64,000 nucleotides of DNA from Octopus vulgaris (GCA_951406725.2 OX597828.1:36146001-36210000), one strand, 5' to 3'. Numbered from the stretch's first letter, positions 1-12,605 are shown. The notes: a model not told the origin generated them from the letters alone. Program-made: numbers and translations.

Positions 1-58
1 GATGAAATACTGCTAAGCATTTCGTCCAGTGTGCTAACGATTCTGCCAGTTCACCACC

Positions 59-59
<1 letters not shown>
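1..59 (-). mobile_element. SINE family B, 5' head (cut by window edge)
   Basis: Reverse complement matches the head of the full copy at 13444 (ggcggtgagctggcagaa.cgttagcac...gaaatgcttag); abuts (AAT)n. Confidence 0.75.
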
Positions 60-93
<34 letters not shown>

Positions 94-94
<1 letters not shown>

Positions 95-345
95 TGGGTG
101 GTTGCTGTAGTCCATCCTGGAATGGACACAAGTGGAGGTTGACCAACTTGATCGCACTACCTGAAAGATAATGACAATGCATGGTGCCGTCCACCCTAAG
201 GCAAATGTACACAGGGTCTACATGAAGAGAGGTAAAGGTAGAGGTGGGCTGATTAGCATATGGGAGTGCATTAACAGTGAAAGAAGAAACATGGCAGAAT
301 ATTTGGTAAACAGCAAAGAAGACCTGCTGCTAGTGTAGAAGGAGT
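94..345 (+). pseudogene. R4/Dong-clade non-LTR retrotransposon ORF remnant (RT thumb region)
   Basis: Manual translation ILEWTQVEVDQLDRTT*KIMTMHGAVHPKANVHRVYMKRGKGRGGLISIWECINSERRNMAEYL matches the WT..EL..LDRKTRK.LTM....HPKA...RLY..R..GGRGL motif of RLE-type R4/Dong LINEs; flanked on both sides by (TAA)n. Confidence 0.8.
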
Positions 346-380
346 ATAATAATAATAGTAATAATAATAATAATAATAAT

Positions 381-545
381 CCTTTCTACCATAGTCACAA
401 GGTCTGAAATTTTGGGGAGGGGAGGGCGGTTACATCAACCTCAGTGCATAACTGGTACTTATTTCATTGACCCCGGACGGATGAAAAGCAAAGTTGACCT
501 CAGCATAATTTGAACTCAGAACGATTCTGCCAGCCCACAGCCTTC
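381..545 (-). mobile_element. SINE family B (tail variant 1), internally deleted
   Basis: B-box gagttcaaatt and central gcttttcatccgtccggggtcaatgaaataagtaccag on the minus strand; (TAA)n on both sides. Confidence 0.75.
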
Positions 546-1313
546 TTAATAATAATAATAATAATAATAATTTTTTTATTGATTTTATTATTAAAAAAAT
601 TGATTCTATTTGTATAACAGTATTCATCCTGATCACCACAATCACCAAGAGGTGTGAAGAAATAAGGGAGCTGATTTCAATAGGAACTGAAATAAGGTTA
701 CCAAGAATGGGAACAGTTTTTTTTTTAAAGTTACAGGCAAAAGGGATAATGGGAGGTGGTTTAACATCCTATGTGAATGATTTAGTGGAAAGCAGCTGTT
801 TCTCACGTTTTTTGTGGGGAGGTGGGGGACTGGGGATGGGGGGGAACTTCCCTGACATTCTGGTAATATATAACTAAGAATAATAGGAAACAAAAAGACA
901 AAAAAATTCTTGACTATTAGAGTAAAAGACATAGCTGATGCAAGCAGATAGTGGGAGAGAGATGACAGCTCATGGGATGCCCCCAGGGGAAGGGAGGGCA
1001 AACTGATACAAATGGGAAAGATGGGGGAAAGAAAATTTATTTTTATTTTTTTAGAAATTTACCAAAATACGCTCTAAACTTTTAAAGATAAATGTAGAGT
1101 GAAAAAAAATTAGGACAGCCATCAAAAACAACAAGTTTCCAGATAAAAGGACTGAAAGTATCTCACTTCTCCAGCATGACCTGTTGCCCTGTTTAGAGTA
1201 ATTAGGAACGGTTAACGAAGGTCTATAACAGTTTCTTTTCTTTTTTAAACTCTTCCAAATGCTAAATATTTCAGAATGTAAAAAACATGTTGGAAACAGG
1301 ACATAAGTTTTAA

Positions 1314-1529
1314 CCCTTTGACATTTAAATTGGACATATCTGGCCTAAATATTCTGTCTTATGTCCAAACTGACCAGATCTGAGCTCTCACACTTATCAT
1401 ACGTTGTCATTCTAAAAATAAACAATCACATCATTGAAATCTCGAAGCCATGAGATAATACCTGATTAATTCAACATATTGTGAATACAGAAGCAGAACA
1501 TTTAACAGAGTAATCTGAATGCTAAATGG
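1314..1529. mobile_element. piggyBac-like MITE
   Basis: ttaa|ccctttgacatt ... aatgctaaatgg|ttga, degenerate TIRs with TTAA-like flanks; related copy near 54510-54695. Confidence 0.6.
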
Positions 1530-2435
1530 TTGAAGCATTTCCAAAATGCTGAAGACTGTGTTCCAGTAATGGTGCAGGAATCAGTGGAGCGTTTGTCCGA
1601 GGTGATGCTTTTATAAGAGTAGCACTTTTGGGTCTACTGCTTATGCTTGTATAAACTTGGTGGGGTCTGATGGAGGGGCAGAAAACTGAAGGGGTGTCCC
1701 AGGCAACACATACTCTAGCTATGCCGCCTTTCTTCAGCATCAACTTGACCACGATGAGCCAATAATGGGACCATCTTCATTTTGCAGAGGTACGTAGGAC
1801 GTGATCCAATTGGCCCTGGCTTTTCCTTTCCCCAGAAGAGGAGAGTGCAATTCAAAAGAGATTTGGTTTCAGTTTCTAGCAGGTGGTGCAACCACATAGT
1901 TTCTCACTTTCACTGCAATTGTTTCCAAGGGTGCATAAGCAGAGAGAGCAAGAAGCAGAGAGAGAGAGAGCCAGCAATCAGGAAAGAAGAGCTGTGATGT
2001 AGGAGGAAGTGAAGGAATTCAGTCAGTGTACATGAAAAGACAATTGAAATTAACTGGAGCATGGTTAAACAGAATTGATTCACCAAACTACCATTATAAT
2101 AGGTGCCAGATCTGTAAACGCTCAGAATAGATAAAAAATGGTGGAGAATGGGGGGTGGGGGTGGAGCGTAGCAAGGAATTGATAGGTGGGGCGGGAGGGA
2201 AAGAGTAAATGGCAAAACATTTGGATGCAGTTGCTAAGCAACATAATCTTAAAAAAGTTATTTTAATGTTTATTTTTATTATTGTTGTTCTTGTGTTGTT
2301 TCTTCTGTTGCCTTGCTATAAAAAGATATATAAGCCAAGATTTGTTTAAAGCAGGTTTTTATGCATGTGTATGGATTGGAGGATGGAGGTGAACAATATT
2401 GTATGTGCTTGTTGTGTTGTTGCTGTTTTTTACTT

Positions 2436-2466
<31 letters not shown>

Positions 2467-2560
2467 ATATATATATATATATAATTTTAATCCAAACGGG
2501 AAACAAAAAAACAACAACAATGGAACAATTATACATATATATATATATATATATATATAG

Positions 2561-2920
2561 GTGCAGGCATGGCAGAATGGTAAGAAGCTTGTTTCCTAAC
2601 CATATGGTTTCAGGCTCATTCCCACTGCATGACACCTTGGTCTTATATCATAGCCTCAGGCTCGCCCAAAGCTTTGTAAGTTTTGGTAGACGGAAACTGA
2701 AAGAAGCCCATGTTTTGTGTGTGTATATGTGTGTGTGTGTCTTTGTCCCCCATCGACATTTGACTACTGGTTCTGGTGTATTCATGTCCCCATAACTTAG
2801 CAGTTTGGTAAAAAAAAAAAAAAGACCAATAAAATAAGCACCGGGTTTTTAAAAAAAATTAAGTCATGGAGTCAATTATTCAACAAAAAGATTCTTCAAG
2901 GCAGCACTCCAGCATGACCA
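2561..2920 (+). mobile_element. CORE-like tRNA-derived SINE family A
   Basis: A/B-box-like head, caccttgg CORE-like motif, ggtagacggaaactgaaagaagccc, internal (TG)n, conserved tail. Confidence 0.8.
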
Positions 2921-2974
2921 TGAAAGAAATACATCTTGTTGCTATTATGCAAAAGTGTTGTAAGTCCAAAACGT

Positions 2975-3125
2975 TGCTTTTTCATTGGTGTCAAGAAAGG
3001 CATCCAACTATAGAAACACTGCCAGATCAGATTGGAGCCTGGTGTAGCTGCTGGCTCTCCAGACCTCAGTCAAACCATCCAACCCAAGCCAGCATGGAAA
3101 ATGGATATTAAACGTTGATGATGCT
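2975..3125 (+). mobile_element. RTE-like LINE 3' end (family C)
   Basis: aagaaaggcatccaactatagaaacactgccagatcagattggagcc...gcatggaaaatgga, ends in (GAT)n. Confidence 0.7.
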
Positions 3126-3310
3126 GATTCCATAGCAAAACTGTTGTATTACGCATTGACAATTTTTTATGTCTGGGCATCTGAAGCAGCTGGAGATAAG
3201 ATAGTTTGACCAAATGAACTGGCTATTGCAAGCAAAAATGAATATTGATAAAAATCACATTTGACCAAATTTGGACATACGACAGTTTAACATAATAGCA
3301 ACAATATATA

Positions 3311-3476
3311 TACTCTTTTACCCTTTTATTTGTTCCAGTCATTTGACTGCAGCCATGCTGGGGCACCACCTTTAGTTGAACAAATCGACCCCAGGACTTA
3401 TTCTTTGTAAGCCTAGTACTTATTCTATTGGTTTCTTTTGCCAAACTGCTAAGTTATAAGGATGTAAACACACCAG
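3311..3476 (-). mobile_element. SINE A tail half, separated from its head half (5388-5510) by a PLE insertion
   Basis: cagtcatttgactgcagccatgctgg...gatgtaaacacaccag stops abruptly; the family consensus resumes at 5388. Confidence 0.75.
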
Positions 3477-3677
3477 TAAAAATACAAAATGGGACAAGAA
3501 TGCAAAACATCCAGACAGTTAGGTGATATACGAAAGGGACAACAAAACATCCAGATAGACGATACAAAGAAAACAAGGACAGGTCATTCGGAGTTTTATA
3601 TATAATATATATATATAATAAAAGCACTCTGTCTAGCTCACAATACAGCTGGTCTCACCAGGGAAGAGATTAATGTC

Positions 3678-4619
3678 ATGTTGGCCACCAGAAAATCTAT
3701 CATAAAACTTGATAACAAGCTGTGGGTCTGTAAAGATACACCCAATAGTTTTGACGTCATGATGGGAAGTTCTGATTCAGCACAAATACCTGGTTTGGTT
3801 GGTATACATATACTTTATGAAATGGCAGACCAGTTCCCAAGTATCAATGGAGGTCTATATCGTGATCCTTCAAAATGTTTCTAACCAAAAAGTACAAAAG
3901 GTTAAGAATAGTTTAGTTAAGTTTTTCCATACAATGAGCTTAGGCATCGTTTTTGATGATGATGTAATAAAAGCCAACTTTTTAGATATTACACTTAACT
4001 TACACAATAATTCGTACTTCCCATACCACAAACCATCAACCAATCTTCAGTATATTAGCCAATTCAGTAATCATTCTAGGGCAATCACTAAGAACTTAGT
4101 TATATTTCATTTAGATTGTCTAAGTTATCTGTTAATGTTGACATTTTCAACGACACGGCTGAATTATATAACTCTGCCTTACTTAAAGAAGGCTATATAG
4201 AAAAAGTTACCTACATTAATTCTCTTCAATCTTATTCTACCTTTAGTAATGGAGACATGAAATCTAGTTGTAATGATATGAACGATTTCAATTTTAATTT
4301 ATACACCAACACCTTTTTTCATTCTAAAGGTAAATCCATGTCTTTTAAAGATAGTTACACTAAACATAAGGCAACTAATAACAAAACTATTTGGTTGATT
4401 ATTCCTTATGAGAGGCAAATTAAATCTAATCTTCCTTTCCAGTTTCGGGAAGCCATTATTAGGAATTTTCCAAAGAATTTTAGGTATTACTTGATTATCA
4501 ACTCACACACAGTTAGGATTGGTTTTTCCAACACAAAATATCTCTCACAAATTATCTCCTCACATAATATTAGTCTGTTAAATAAGAGAATCCAATTACT
4601 AATACTAACATTAATTTAG
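3678..4619 (+). pseudogene. PLE reverse transcriptase and thumb remnant
   Basis: FDVMMGSSDSAQI..LVGIHIL, GLYRD (YRDD-type), NFLDITLNL...YFPYHKP...LQYI...SNH motifs across several frames. Confidence 0.85.
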
Positions 4620-4689
4620 CTAATACTAACCATCCCCCTAGAAATATTAATAACAAGATTATTGTCTCTGAAGTCAATTCCAACAGAAT

Positions 4690-5060
4690 TAAGACTATGT
4701 CTAGTAATTCTAAGATTAAAAACTCTATATAATAGTGTAAAATTACTTCAGGTACCAATGTCTTTTTATATAGGTAGTTCTCAGTTAGCTAAAAGAATTT
4801 CTACTCATTACTCTACATTTAGGGATAGTAATAAATGCAACGGTACAGGGCTTAGTAAATTAATTTGGTATCTAAAAGACCATAATAAACAATTCAATTT
4901 TGATTGGTTGATTCTCTCCATTTCATTCTCATATGATAAAGGCAAAGAATTCTGTCAACTCTGTAATAGTGAACTATTTTCTATTCTACTTTCTAAGAAT
5001 CCCCTTGTAAACACAGCTATAGAGCGTCGGCAGAAACATACCTTTAGTTCATATAAGTGA
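4690..5060 (+). pseudogene. PLE GIY-YIG endonuclease remnant
   Basis: FYIGSS..KRISTHYSTF...TGLSKLIWYLKD...W.IL...CQLCNSE. Confidence 0.8.
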
Positions 5061-5387
5061 TATCTACCATTCTATATAATTTGAACATTGATTTTCTTCT
5101 TACATTTCACTTCCACCAGATATATCTTTTTCCAAGCCTTTAAGTTTTTATCTAATTCACATATCGCTCTATATTTCTCATTTATTAGTTTTCTGCTTAT
5201 TTCTTTCCTTTACCCCTTCTCTTTCTATAGGCTACCTTTGACGTTATATCTTCTAACGTTTTTTTTAAAAAAAACTTAATAGCGTTCCGTTCATCATTAT
5301 ACACATCCATCACATCCTGTTAAAATGTTTTATTGATGAGTTTGGTTTATTTCTTTCTTTCCCTGATGAGAAGATTACATTGTTTTA

Positions 5388-5510
5388 CACGGGCTTCTTT
5401 CAGTTTCTGTCAACCAAATCCACTCACAAGGCTTTGGTTGGCCCAAGTCTGAACCCAGAAGCATGTGGTTGGGAAGCAAGCTTCTTACCACACAGCCACA
5501 CCTGTGCCTA
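5388..5510 (-). mobile_element. SINE A head half
   Basis: acgggcttctttcagtttc...cttaccacacagccacacctg. Confidence 0.75.
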
Positions 5511-5604
5511 TATATATATATATAATTAATAGCAACAGAATAAACAAATTCCTGAATAGACATTAATATTCTATATATCGTTGATGGGAGATTCATCTGT
5601 ATAC

Positions 5605-5610
<6 letters not shown>

Positions 5611-5658
<48 letters not shown>
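5611..5658. repeat. (GA)n microsatellite
   Basis: Perfect dinucleotide run. Confidence 0.95.
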
Positions 5659-5663
<5 letters not shown>

Positions 5664-6375
5664 TAAATGTAGCTTTATGGTCAAGAGGTTCACTTCACAA
5701 CCAGATGGCTTCAAGCTTGTTTCCACTAGATGGCATCTTCGGAACAAGTGTTTTCTTATGTAGCCTCAGCTTAACCAATACTTTGTGAGTGATGTTTGAT
5801 AGAGATCATCTACAAGAAGCTCACCACATGTGTGCATTTGTGTCTGTGTTTGTGTGCGTACATGTCCTTGTTTCTACATGTCCATGTATTGATACTGCAT
5901 GGCCAGCAGTGACCGGTGTTGCAATGCGTAAATACGCAGTTTAGCAGTTTTAGTGAGCAAAGATATAAAGTACCAAATAAAGTATCAAAGTACCTTACAT
6001 GAAAAATAAAGAGTTGGTACCAAGAAGGACATTTGGCTGTAGTATATTGCCTCAAGAAATCTCATCCAACCTATGCCAGCATAGAAAAAAGCTTTTAATC
6101 TTCTTCCCTCTCTCCCCCACTTTCTTTTATATAGTCTTTTAATCTTTCTCCTTCTCACTCTCTCTCTCATATAATCTTTTCTCCATTTTTTTTATTTTTA
6201 TCTTTCTTCCTCACTTTCAGCCTTATAGTCTTTTCCTCCACCCTCATATGGTGGTGATGATATGTATGCTTAATTGTAGTGTGTGTGTGTGTGTAAATAG
6301 TAGATGAATGTCCATCTACTAATGACATGGTTAAATATTCAAGCCTTAAATAATAATAATAATAATAATAATAAA

Positions 6376-6590
6376 CTTTTCTATTCTAGGCACAAGGCTC
6401 GAAATTTTGGGGGAGAGAGCCAGCCAATTAGATCGACCCAAGTATGCAACTGGTACTTAATTTATCGACCCCCAAAAGGATAAAAGGCAAAGTCGACCTC
6501 GGCAGAATTTGAACTCAGAACGTAAAACCAGACGAAATACTGCTAAGTTGTTTGCCCAGCATGCTAACGTTTCTGCTAGCTCGCCACCTC
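6376..6590 (-). mobile_element. SINE family B (tail variant 1), near full length
   Basis: Complete head to tail; embedded in (TAA)n/(AAGAAT)n on both sides. Confidence 0.85.
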
Positions 6591-7375
6591 AATAATAATA
6601 AGAAGAATAAGAATAATAAGAATAATAACCCAAACCTATAACATTGTTGCCCTTAGATACAAGATTAATGCTTAACTCTGCCTAAGTCTACCCTGGCTGA
6701 CAATTGTTACAAATGCAATGGTAGTTGTAGTTATTTGGTGGTAGTTGAGATTTTAGTTATGATTGCATGTTGAGAATGTTACTGTTGTAGTTATATAAAA
6801 CAAGCACTGAAGTTAGATGGCAGCCATGTTGGTGATTGTTAGTGGTGGGGGGGGGAGGTGCTGTTGGGGCCCTGTGTGCTGTTGCTGAGAACAACTTTGG
6901 AGCCAAAGAAGGAATTCCAGGAGTGTTTCAATCTTTCTGAGTGATTCCTTTGATATCAGAGCAGCTGGTAGGAACGGTGACACACAAGATAGGAAAGAAA
7001 GAAAGGATCAAAGAAAAGCTTTCCCAGAAAATACTGAATTTGAAAGAAATAGGGGGGGGGGGGGTTTATCGTTTTTTTTTTTTGTTTTGTGTTGTTTTTG
7101 TATGTTTCTCTGTTGTTTAAGTATGTGGGGCAAAGGGAAAACAGGGAACAGAGAAAGGAGCAATGGGAAAGATTTTGTTAGGGGTTGTTTAGTAGGAAGT
7201 GATGGGGTTGGGGAAAGTGGTTGGGGAAAGTGGGTGGGGCAGAAGGGGTAAGTAATTGTTGCATGTAAGAATCAAAAAGTGTTCCAGCATTTATGGCTAG
7301 AATTATGTCCTGGTTCTTTCAATGATGATGAATGCGGCTGTGAGATGGAGTGAGAGAGAGAGAAAGACTAAAAGC

Positions 7376-7412
<37 letters not shown>

Positions 7413-7945
7413 AAACAGAAATAGAGGGCAGAGAGGTAGGGAGGTGAGAATTTGAGTGAGAAAGATCAAAGAAGAAATATGAAAGGGTAAGATGAGAAGG
7501 AATGTGAGAGATATTATGAAGGAAGGCTGTAGTTACCATTATATTTCTCTTATAGCAGCCTTGACTACAATGCCTCTTCATTAACCAGCATACCACCCCC
7601 ATTACATCTACTACAACATAGGCACCATCTTGCTACACAACACACACTATTACTACCACAGCACTACATCCAATACATACACACATTCACACCACTACAA
7701 CTATAACATTACAACTGCTACCACCACACTATTACAGCTACTACCACCAAACTACCACAGCTACTTTCATCACCTCACTGTAGTCACTACTGAAGTTTTG
7801 ATGCTGCCAGGTAAATTGTTAAGAGAGAAACTGTTGACTCTCAAACTGAAGAACTTCCTGAAAACTAATGATTCTCACCTATTAAGTGAAGTAAGAGTCA
7901 AGTCTCTTGTCCAAGATTTCACCTTTCGCTAATCTTACATTACAC

Positions 7946-8342
7946 TTTACTCTTTTACTTGTTTCAGTCATTTGACTGCGGCCATGCTGGAGCACTGCCT
8001 TTAGTCAAGCAAATCGACCCTGGGACTTATTCTTTGTAAGCCCAGTAGTTATTCTATTGGTCTCTTTTGCCGAACCGCTAAGTTACAGGGACGTAAACAC
8101 ACCAGCATCGGTTGTCAAGCGATGTTGGGGGGACAAACATACACACACACATATATATATATATATATACATATATATGATGGGCTTCTTTCAGTTTCCG
8201 TCTACCAAATCCACTCACAAGGCTTTGGTCGGCCTGTGGCTATAGTAGAAGACACTTGCCCAAGGTGCCACACAGTGGGACTGAACCCAGAACCATGTGG
8301 TTCGTTAGCAAGCTACTTACCACACAGCAACTCCTACGCCTA
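7946..8342 (-). mobile_element. SINE A, full length
   Basis: Near-identical to copies at 27671, 34297, 36414 and 42929; internal (CA)n(TA)n. Confidence 0.9.
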
Positions 8343-8454
8343 CATGGTCACAACAGATGAGGAAATGTCTCATAGAAATGGGGACTCACTGGGACTGACC
8401 GGCTTGGAAAGTTGTGAGTGGATTTGGTAGACGGAAACTGAAAGAAGCCCGTCA

Positions 8455-8456
8455 TA

Positions 8457-8529
<73 letters not shown>

Positions 8530-8540
8530 GTGTGTGTGGG
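8455..8540. repeat. (TA)n microsatellite following a SINE A fragment (8408-8455, +)
   Basis: Long TA run directly after gaaagaagcccgtc. Confidence 0.9.
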
Positions 8541-8973
8541 GGGGGGTGCATGGATGCACTGCAATGGTGCATACTCCCATATCTGATCTGACCTGATCTT
8601 ACCTGGTCTGTTGAGCTCAGGTAGGAAGAGGATGATGGGTGAGGAGATGTCCAGGTGAAAATACAGCAACCATAAGGTGAAATGGGACAAACCCCTTATC
8701 GCTCCAAAGGTACTTGTGTGCGTGCGCATGCGTGCCCGACCTGCATGCTGGTCCCTGTCACACTAGGGACATGGTAAGTGCTTGTGAAGGTGCAAGAGCT
8801 ATCAATTGATGATTCAAAGTGGAACTAATAGCACTAATTTCAGTGAATAATAACAGTGACCTTCCAAGAAGAAAAACCCAACCCAGAGATTTGAACTCAC
8901 AAATACACCGTTCACCACGAAATATAGCTTATCTAAATTTAACCATCAATCAGTATTATATTAAGCAGGAAGA

Positions 8974-9055
8974 GGATAATGATAGCAATGACAACCATGA
9001 TGATGATGATGACGACGATGACTATAATGATGATGATGATGATGATGATGATTAT
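8974..9055. repeat. (GAT)n trinucleotide repeat
   Basis: Imperfect GAT/GAC run; explains the poly-Asp ORF. Confidence 0.85.
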
Positions 9056-9669
9056 AGTGGAGTTGGTGGTGTTAATAGTAACAACGGTCTTAGTGGTGAC
9101 AATGCTATGACGATGATTTTTCATTTTACCAAAAACAAAGAAAGAGGGAAAAAAAGAAAAAACAAAAGCAGGAAAAATGTTTATTTTTTTTTTAAAAAAA
9201 AACTAGACTTGCTTGTAAATGAGATAAAGGGTTGAAAGAAAAATTACATGTGGAGGAGGAAAGCGGGGCGCGGATGAACAAGAGACAGACAGAGAGGTTG
9301 AGAGGGAAGATGGAGGGGGGGAGCAAGGAAAGAAGAAGGAAAAAATGAATTCTAGGAAAACAGAAAGATTAAGCAAGAAGTTCTCAAAAGAAGTATAAAA
9401 GGAAAGAAAAAAAAATGAAGAAAAAAAGAAGGAATGAAAAGTGAAATGGAGAAAGCTAGAAGAATGAGGCAGATATAAATAAATAAACGAATATACAAAC
9501 ATTAAAAAGAAATGATTTACTGAGAAACAAAAAGTGAACTGTTGAAGAAGTAGGTCAGCAGAGATGAATGATAACTGGTGTGCGTGTGCATATGTGCGCG
9601 CGCGCGTGTGTGTGTGTGTGTGTGTGTGTATGCACATATATGTATGCATATATGTGTGTGGGTGTAAAC

Positions 9670-9865
9670 GTGTGTGTGTGTGTGTATACATGTTTGAGTG
9701 AATATATGTATATGATACATATTTATATGTGTGTGTGTGTGTATACATGTTTGAGTGAATATATGTATATGATACATATTTATATGTGTGTGTGTGTGTG
9801 TATACATGTTTGAGTGAATATATGTATATGATACATATTTATGTGTGTGTGTGTGTGTGTGTGTG
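9670..9865. repeat. Minisatellite, 3 units of about 58 bp containing variable (TG)n
   Basis: tatacatgtttgagtgaatatatgtatatgatacatattta at 9685, 9742 and 9801. Confidence 0.9.
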
Positions 9866-10566
9866 TAGAGGGGAGAGAGAAGTAGGTGTGTATAACAGCT
9901 GTATGTGTATGCATATGATGGAAAGAACATGGTTAACTATGCATGTGTGTGTGTGTGTGTATGTGTGTGTGTGTGTGCGTGTGTAACGGATATTCACATC
10001 CCCTTTGTAAATGATGGCATGTGTGTGCGTGTGAATGTGTATGCATATCTTTGTATGTATTTGTGTATTCATATGAACATATATATCTCTGTGTAAAAGC
10101 AAAAACAAAAAGGGGGGGGGGGGAATTTTGGACTACAAAACACCAGAGTGAGTTCAAATCGGTCGCTTTTAGCATCCTATCCCAGGGGAGACAATTTTAA
10201 GATAGATAAACTGGATAACATAAGTTGAGACAGATACGACAAAGATGAGAGAATATACTACTGAAAGACACAGAAGCATCACATAAAAAGCATAAAGCAA
10301 ATAATCTTTGCATCGTATCTATATCACCCAAAATTCAAAGTAAATAAAGAAAGAAACAATGTGAATATGCTTGTGTGGGATTTTGGACTTATTTGCTTGC
10401 ACCTTTCATAGGAAAACGATATCAGTCTTTATGCTTTGCCTTTCGCTATTTGTATATGTGTGTGTACCCTACAATATTTTTATTATTTATATATATATAT
10501 ATATATATATTGGATTCAAAATGGTTCAATTGGAGCCGAAACCTTTGGAAATATACAGTACTTGAA

Positions 10567-10700
10567 AGGCGGTGAGCTGGCAGAAACGTTAGTACACCGG
10601 GCGAAATGCTTAGAAGTATTTCTTCTGTCATTACGTTCTGAGTTCAAATTCCGCCGAGGTCGACTTTGCCTTTCATCCTTTCGGGATCGATAAATTAATT
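10567..10700 (+). mobile_element. SINE family B, 3'-truncated
   Basis: ggcggtgagctggcagaaacgttag...gagttcaaattccgccgaggtcgactttgcctttcatcctttcgggatcgataaatt. Confidence 0.85.
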
Positions 10701-12019
10701 GAATGCCAAGGGTCTTGGTTATTGCCTCTGTGAGGCCCAACACCCGAAAGGAACTCAGCCACTTTACCTCCATGAGGCCCAATGCTTCAAAGGAATTCAG
10801 CCACCTCACCTCCATGAGGCCATATATATAAGTTTCCAATCAACCCATTTTCAATCCACTGACTGAGGATGATACCATGTAAAAAGTACTGGTGTTGGTG
10901 TCACATAAAAGCACCTAGTACACTCTGAAAAAGCACCTAGTACACTCTTGTCTGTGAGGTCAAACATGCACACACACATCCGTGCATGTATAGTTATAGC
11001 CACACGGCTAGGTCCGTTTTCTACTTTGGGTTCAATTTCATCACACAGCAGTTTGGGCAAGTACTTCCAAAAGCAAATTCAGAATGACCAATGTCTTTTG
11101 ACTGGAATTTGTTAGACAGAAAATTGAGTTGAAACCCATGGGTAAGGTGTGTGTGTGTGTGTGTATGCGTGTGTGTGCATGCGTGTTCATTTAGCAGTAA
11201 AAATCATTATCAATCAGTATAAATGAGTGAGTGAAGCCATGTACCTTTAAGTCAAAGTATAAATTGGTGATTCAACAAGATACATTTTATGGTTATAACA
11301 AATTATTAAAGCCCTTCGAGGGACTATGACAGTGTGGCCTCAGTCCTGTTTCTGAAAACATGAACACAGAACATGATCTGTAAGATCCTAATTGAATATA
11401 TTGAAGCACAGGCTTGGCATATGGTACTTGGGCAGGTACCTTTTACTACAGCCCTAGGCTGAGCAAAGCTTTGAGAGCGGATTTGGGTGACAGAACTGAA
11501 AGGAGCCCATCTATGTGTATAGATGTTTACATTCTGTGCTCACTAAAAATGGTAAACTTAGTTGACAATTCTCTGACAACAAATCTTCTACTAGGTTTGT
11601 ACTTTCAAAGACATTGGGAATAAAAGTATCCCTTATTTGAAAAACAGTTAAGAGGTGACAAGAGGAGCATCCGGTTGTGAACCCATGCTTACATGGAATG
11701 ATGGACATAAAAATGAACACACACACAATGGCCAATATATATATATGTTGGTTGGTTAATTGCTTTCACTAGTGATGTTTTGCATCATATACAGAGATGT
11801 GGAGAGAGAGAGAGGGAGTGTGTGTAAAAGCGAGATACAGAGAGAAGTGCTGGAAGAGTGCACATACAAGGTTTAGTGGCAGGTAATGAGTAGCGAAATA
11901 CTATAGACACACACACAGTGCAAGTGAAGTAAATAACAGAGTAGTAACCTTAAGAGTTATACAATTGAGAAATTTGTTTTATTTAATTTTATTTTAAGGT
12001 AATAAATATCTGCAATGGT

Positions 12020-12605
12020 GATTGGATAGAGATGAAGTGCTAAAACACAACCCAAAAAAGAATATTCACCAAAACTAGCTAATGGTGTCTGTTTGGTGGT
12101 CCAGTGCTGGTATCACCCACAACAGCTTCATGAGACCTGGTAAGTCAGTTACAACAGATGTATACATCAACCAATTGGATGAAATGATGAGTGAACTTGC
12201 AATTAAACTGAGATTGGTCAACAGAGACAGGTCAGTTCTCTTGCAAGATGATGTTTGACCACATGTTTCACAAAGAACACTACTCAAGTAACAGGAACTA
12301 AACTTGGAAGTACTCTGTCATCCACCATATTCACCAGACCTTGCACCAACTGACTATTTTCCAGGCATTAGACAACTTTTTGCAAGGAAAAAACTTCAAA
12401 TCTGAAGAAGATGCAAAAACAGCCTTTTGTGATTTCATCACCTCTTTCTCTCCAAAATTCTTCGCTGCCAGCATAAATATGCTATCGATAAGATGGCAAA
12501 ATTGTGTTGATAATTTAGGTAGATACTTTGATTAACTGCATTGCTTTTTGTTGAGATAAAGTAAAATAATTTCAGTTCAAAATCGAACATTTCATTCTTA
12601 ATGAC
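12020..12605 (+). pseudogene. mariner DD34D transposase remnant with 3' end of the element
   Basis: LMVSVWWSSAGI...LLQD-(34 aa)-D with HPPYSPDLAPTDY; in-frame stops and a frameshift. Confidence 0.9.

Larger units (their letters stand above)
3620..5387 (+). mobile_element. Penelope-like element (PLE), 5'-truncated and decayed
   Basis: Frameshifted ORFs 3678-4619 and 4662-5060 give RT and GIY-YIG motifs, followed by a T-rich 3' region ending in cctgatgag. Confidence 0.85.

Noticed and set aside
1522-1997. Cluster of ORFs in non-SSR sequence
   Set aside because: 1760-1890 is a minus-strand copy of repeat module F; no recognisable protein
7203-7249. G-quadruplex-capable G-tract cluster (also 816-844)
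   Set aside because: Common in this low-complexity background; no functional context
8819-9235. 138-aa ORF with an acidic tract and a basic tail
   Set aside because: Product of (GAT)n and A-rich runs; no domain or convincing splice context
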